From Bugula neritina (lineage: Eukaryota > Animalia > Bryozoa), in contig CAXIUT010000230.1 in NCBI GenBank assembly GCA_964035545.1, positions 186,001 to 250,000 of the forward strand: DNA of 64,000 nt. The letters are read 5' to 3'. The notes under the pieces were generated by a model. The model was not told the DNA's origin and ran no database searches. It saw only the letters and a program-made list of their open reading frames with translations. The first letter of the stretch is position 1; every line of letters begins with the position of its first letter. Shown one piece after another: positions 62,601-64,000 of the stretch. Position numbers and translations under genes: made by a program.

Positions 62601-64000
62601 AACATACTGCAACATACTAAAATATACTGCAACATACTGAAATACACTGCTAAATACTGAAATACACTGTAACATACTGAAATACACTGCAAAATACTAC
62701 AACATTTTGAAATACACTGCAATACATTGAAATATACTGCAACATACCTAAATATACGGTAATATACTGAAATATACTGTAACACATTGAAAAATACTAC
62801 AAAATACTGAAATACACTGCAACATACTACAACATACTGAAATACGCTGTAAGACATTGAAATCCACTGCAACACATTGAAATATACTGTAACTCGCTGA
62901 AACATACTGTAACTCACTGAAATATAGTGTAATATACGGAAATGTACTGTAAAATACTGGAATATAATGTAACACACTGAAATATACAGCAACATACTGA
63001 AATACACTGTAACATACTGAAATAAACTGCAACATCCTGCAACATACTGAAATACACTGTAACATACTGAAATACACCGCAACATCCTACAAGATCCTGA
63101 AATACACTGGAACGTATTGAAGTACACTGCAACACATTGAAGTATTCTGCAACACACTTAAACATACGGCAACATACTGAAATATACTTCGGCACATTGC
63201 AATATACTGCAGCATACTGAAACATGCTGTAGCCTACTGAAATACACTGCATTATACTGAAATACACTGCTACATACTGAAATATACTGCAACATACTGA
63301 AATACACTGCAAAATACTGAAATACACTGTAACATACTGAAATATACTGCAACATACTGAAGTACACTCCTACATACTGAAATATACTGCAACTCACTGC
63401 AACATACTGCAACATACTAAAATACACTGTAACATATTGAAATACACTGCAACACATTGAAATATACTGCAAAATATTGAAATACACTGCTACACACTGA
63501 AATATACTGCAACACATGGCAACATACTGCAACATACTAAAATATACTGCAACATACTGAAATACACTGCAAAATCCTGAAATACGCTGTAACATACTGA
63601 AATATACTGCAACATACTGAAATATACTGCTACATACTGAAATATACTGCAACACACTGCAACATACTGCAACATACTAAAATACACTGTAACATAATGA
63701 AATACACTGCAACACATTGAAATATACTGCAAAATACTGAAATACACTGCTATATACTGAAATATACTGCAACACACTGAAACATACTGCAACATACTAA
63801 AATATACTGCAACATACTGAAATATACTGCAACACAGTGAAATATACTGCAATGTGCCGAAATATATGGTAAACTACTGAAATATACTGTCACACATTGA
63901 AAATTACTGCAACATACTGAAATAAACTGCGACACATTGCATTATACTGTAACATACCGAAATATGCTGTAGCACATTGAAATACACTGCAACTCACTGA
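59671..64000. repeat. Second copy of the +7650-bp repeated segment (runs off the window end)
   Basis: Landmarks 60481 and 62891 equal 52831 and 55241 plus 7650, with the same junction strings. Confidence 0.9.

Larger units (their letters stand above)
1..64000. repeat. Tandem satellite array: 10-bp monomer (AAYAYACTGH) / 20-bp dimer AACATACTGA-AATAYACTGY; about 6400 monomers, extending past both window ends
   Basis: Every printed 10-base block is a variant of the same monomer, in the same phase and orientation. No unique sequence or inversion was seen. Confidence 0.99.

Noticed and set aside
24-63935. Hundreds of minus-strand ORFs (60-308 aa, e.g. 2604-3530) rich in C/Y/V/S/F/Q
   Set aside because: Artefact of the repeat. 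The minus strand has an ATG in every aacat monomer and few stops, while the plus strand has TGA/TAA about every 20 bp. The ORFs overlap in all three frames with the same low-complexity words, the 10/20-bp period is not a multiple of 3, and no domain is recognisable.
1-64000. CRISPR-like or other repeat-spacer array
   Set aside because: There are no unique spacers; all intervening sequence is the same decamer family. No leader or cas genes are present.
1-64000. Telomeric repeat or G-quadruplex tract
   Set aside because: No G-runs on either strand. The monomer heterogeneity and multi-kb HORs fit recombinational amplification rather than telomerase addition.
1-64000. Monomer variants acting as a combinatorial code or variable-cassette system
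   Set aside because: The variant order is explained by nested duplication, deletion and crossover. No recombinase sites, expression locus or coding frame is present.
1-64000. Transposon insertions, inversions, long hairpins, tRNA/rRNA
   Set aside because: No break in register or orientation and no non-satellite segment seen. Only short palindromes (TGCA, TATA, GTAC, CTGCAG) intrinsic to the monomers occur.
1-64000. Promoter-like TATACT/TATAAT, polyadenylation-like AATAAA and branch-point-like TACTAA words
   Set aside because: These are short words inherent to the AT-rich monomer or single-base variants of it, with no gene context.
1-64000. Assignment to a named satellite family or species
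   Set aside because: I do not recognise the consensus with confidence; a database search is required.

Overview
The whole 64 kb window is one uninterrupted, single-orientation satellite DNA array. I see no credible gene, RNA gene, transposon or CRISPR locus. The basic unit is a 10-bp monomer (consensus AAYAYACTGH), mostly alternating as the 20-bp dimer AACATACTGA-AATAYACTGY. The dimer is about 30% GC and strongly A-rich on the + strand. The 10-bp register holds from base 1 to base 64000. Monomer variants build a nested hierarchy: 10 > 20 > 120/140 > 260 > 520 bp sub-repeats, a 2340-bp higher-order repeat (HOR) that retains an internal duplication at 1190-bp offset, a 1610-bp deleted HOR, and 6290/8630-bp super-HORs. 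A landmark block (aactcgctga aacatactgt aactcactga aatatagtgt aatatacgga) occurs 28 times. It defines a regular core (about 18.4-52.8 kb) flanked by irregular units that share variants with each other. Diagnostic SNVs locate an unequal-crossover breakpoint and a probable conversion tract. All listed ORFs are minus-strand artefacts of the repeat. The architecture resembles eukaryotic (peri)centromeric or heterochromatic satellite, but organism and function cannot be determined from the sequence. I found no novel protein-based system; the interest lies in the repeat architecture and its recombination record.
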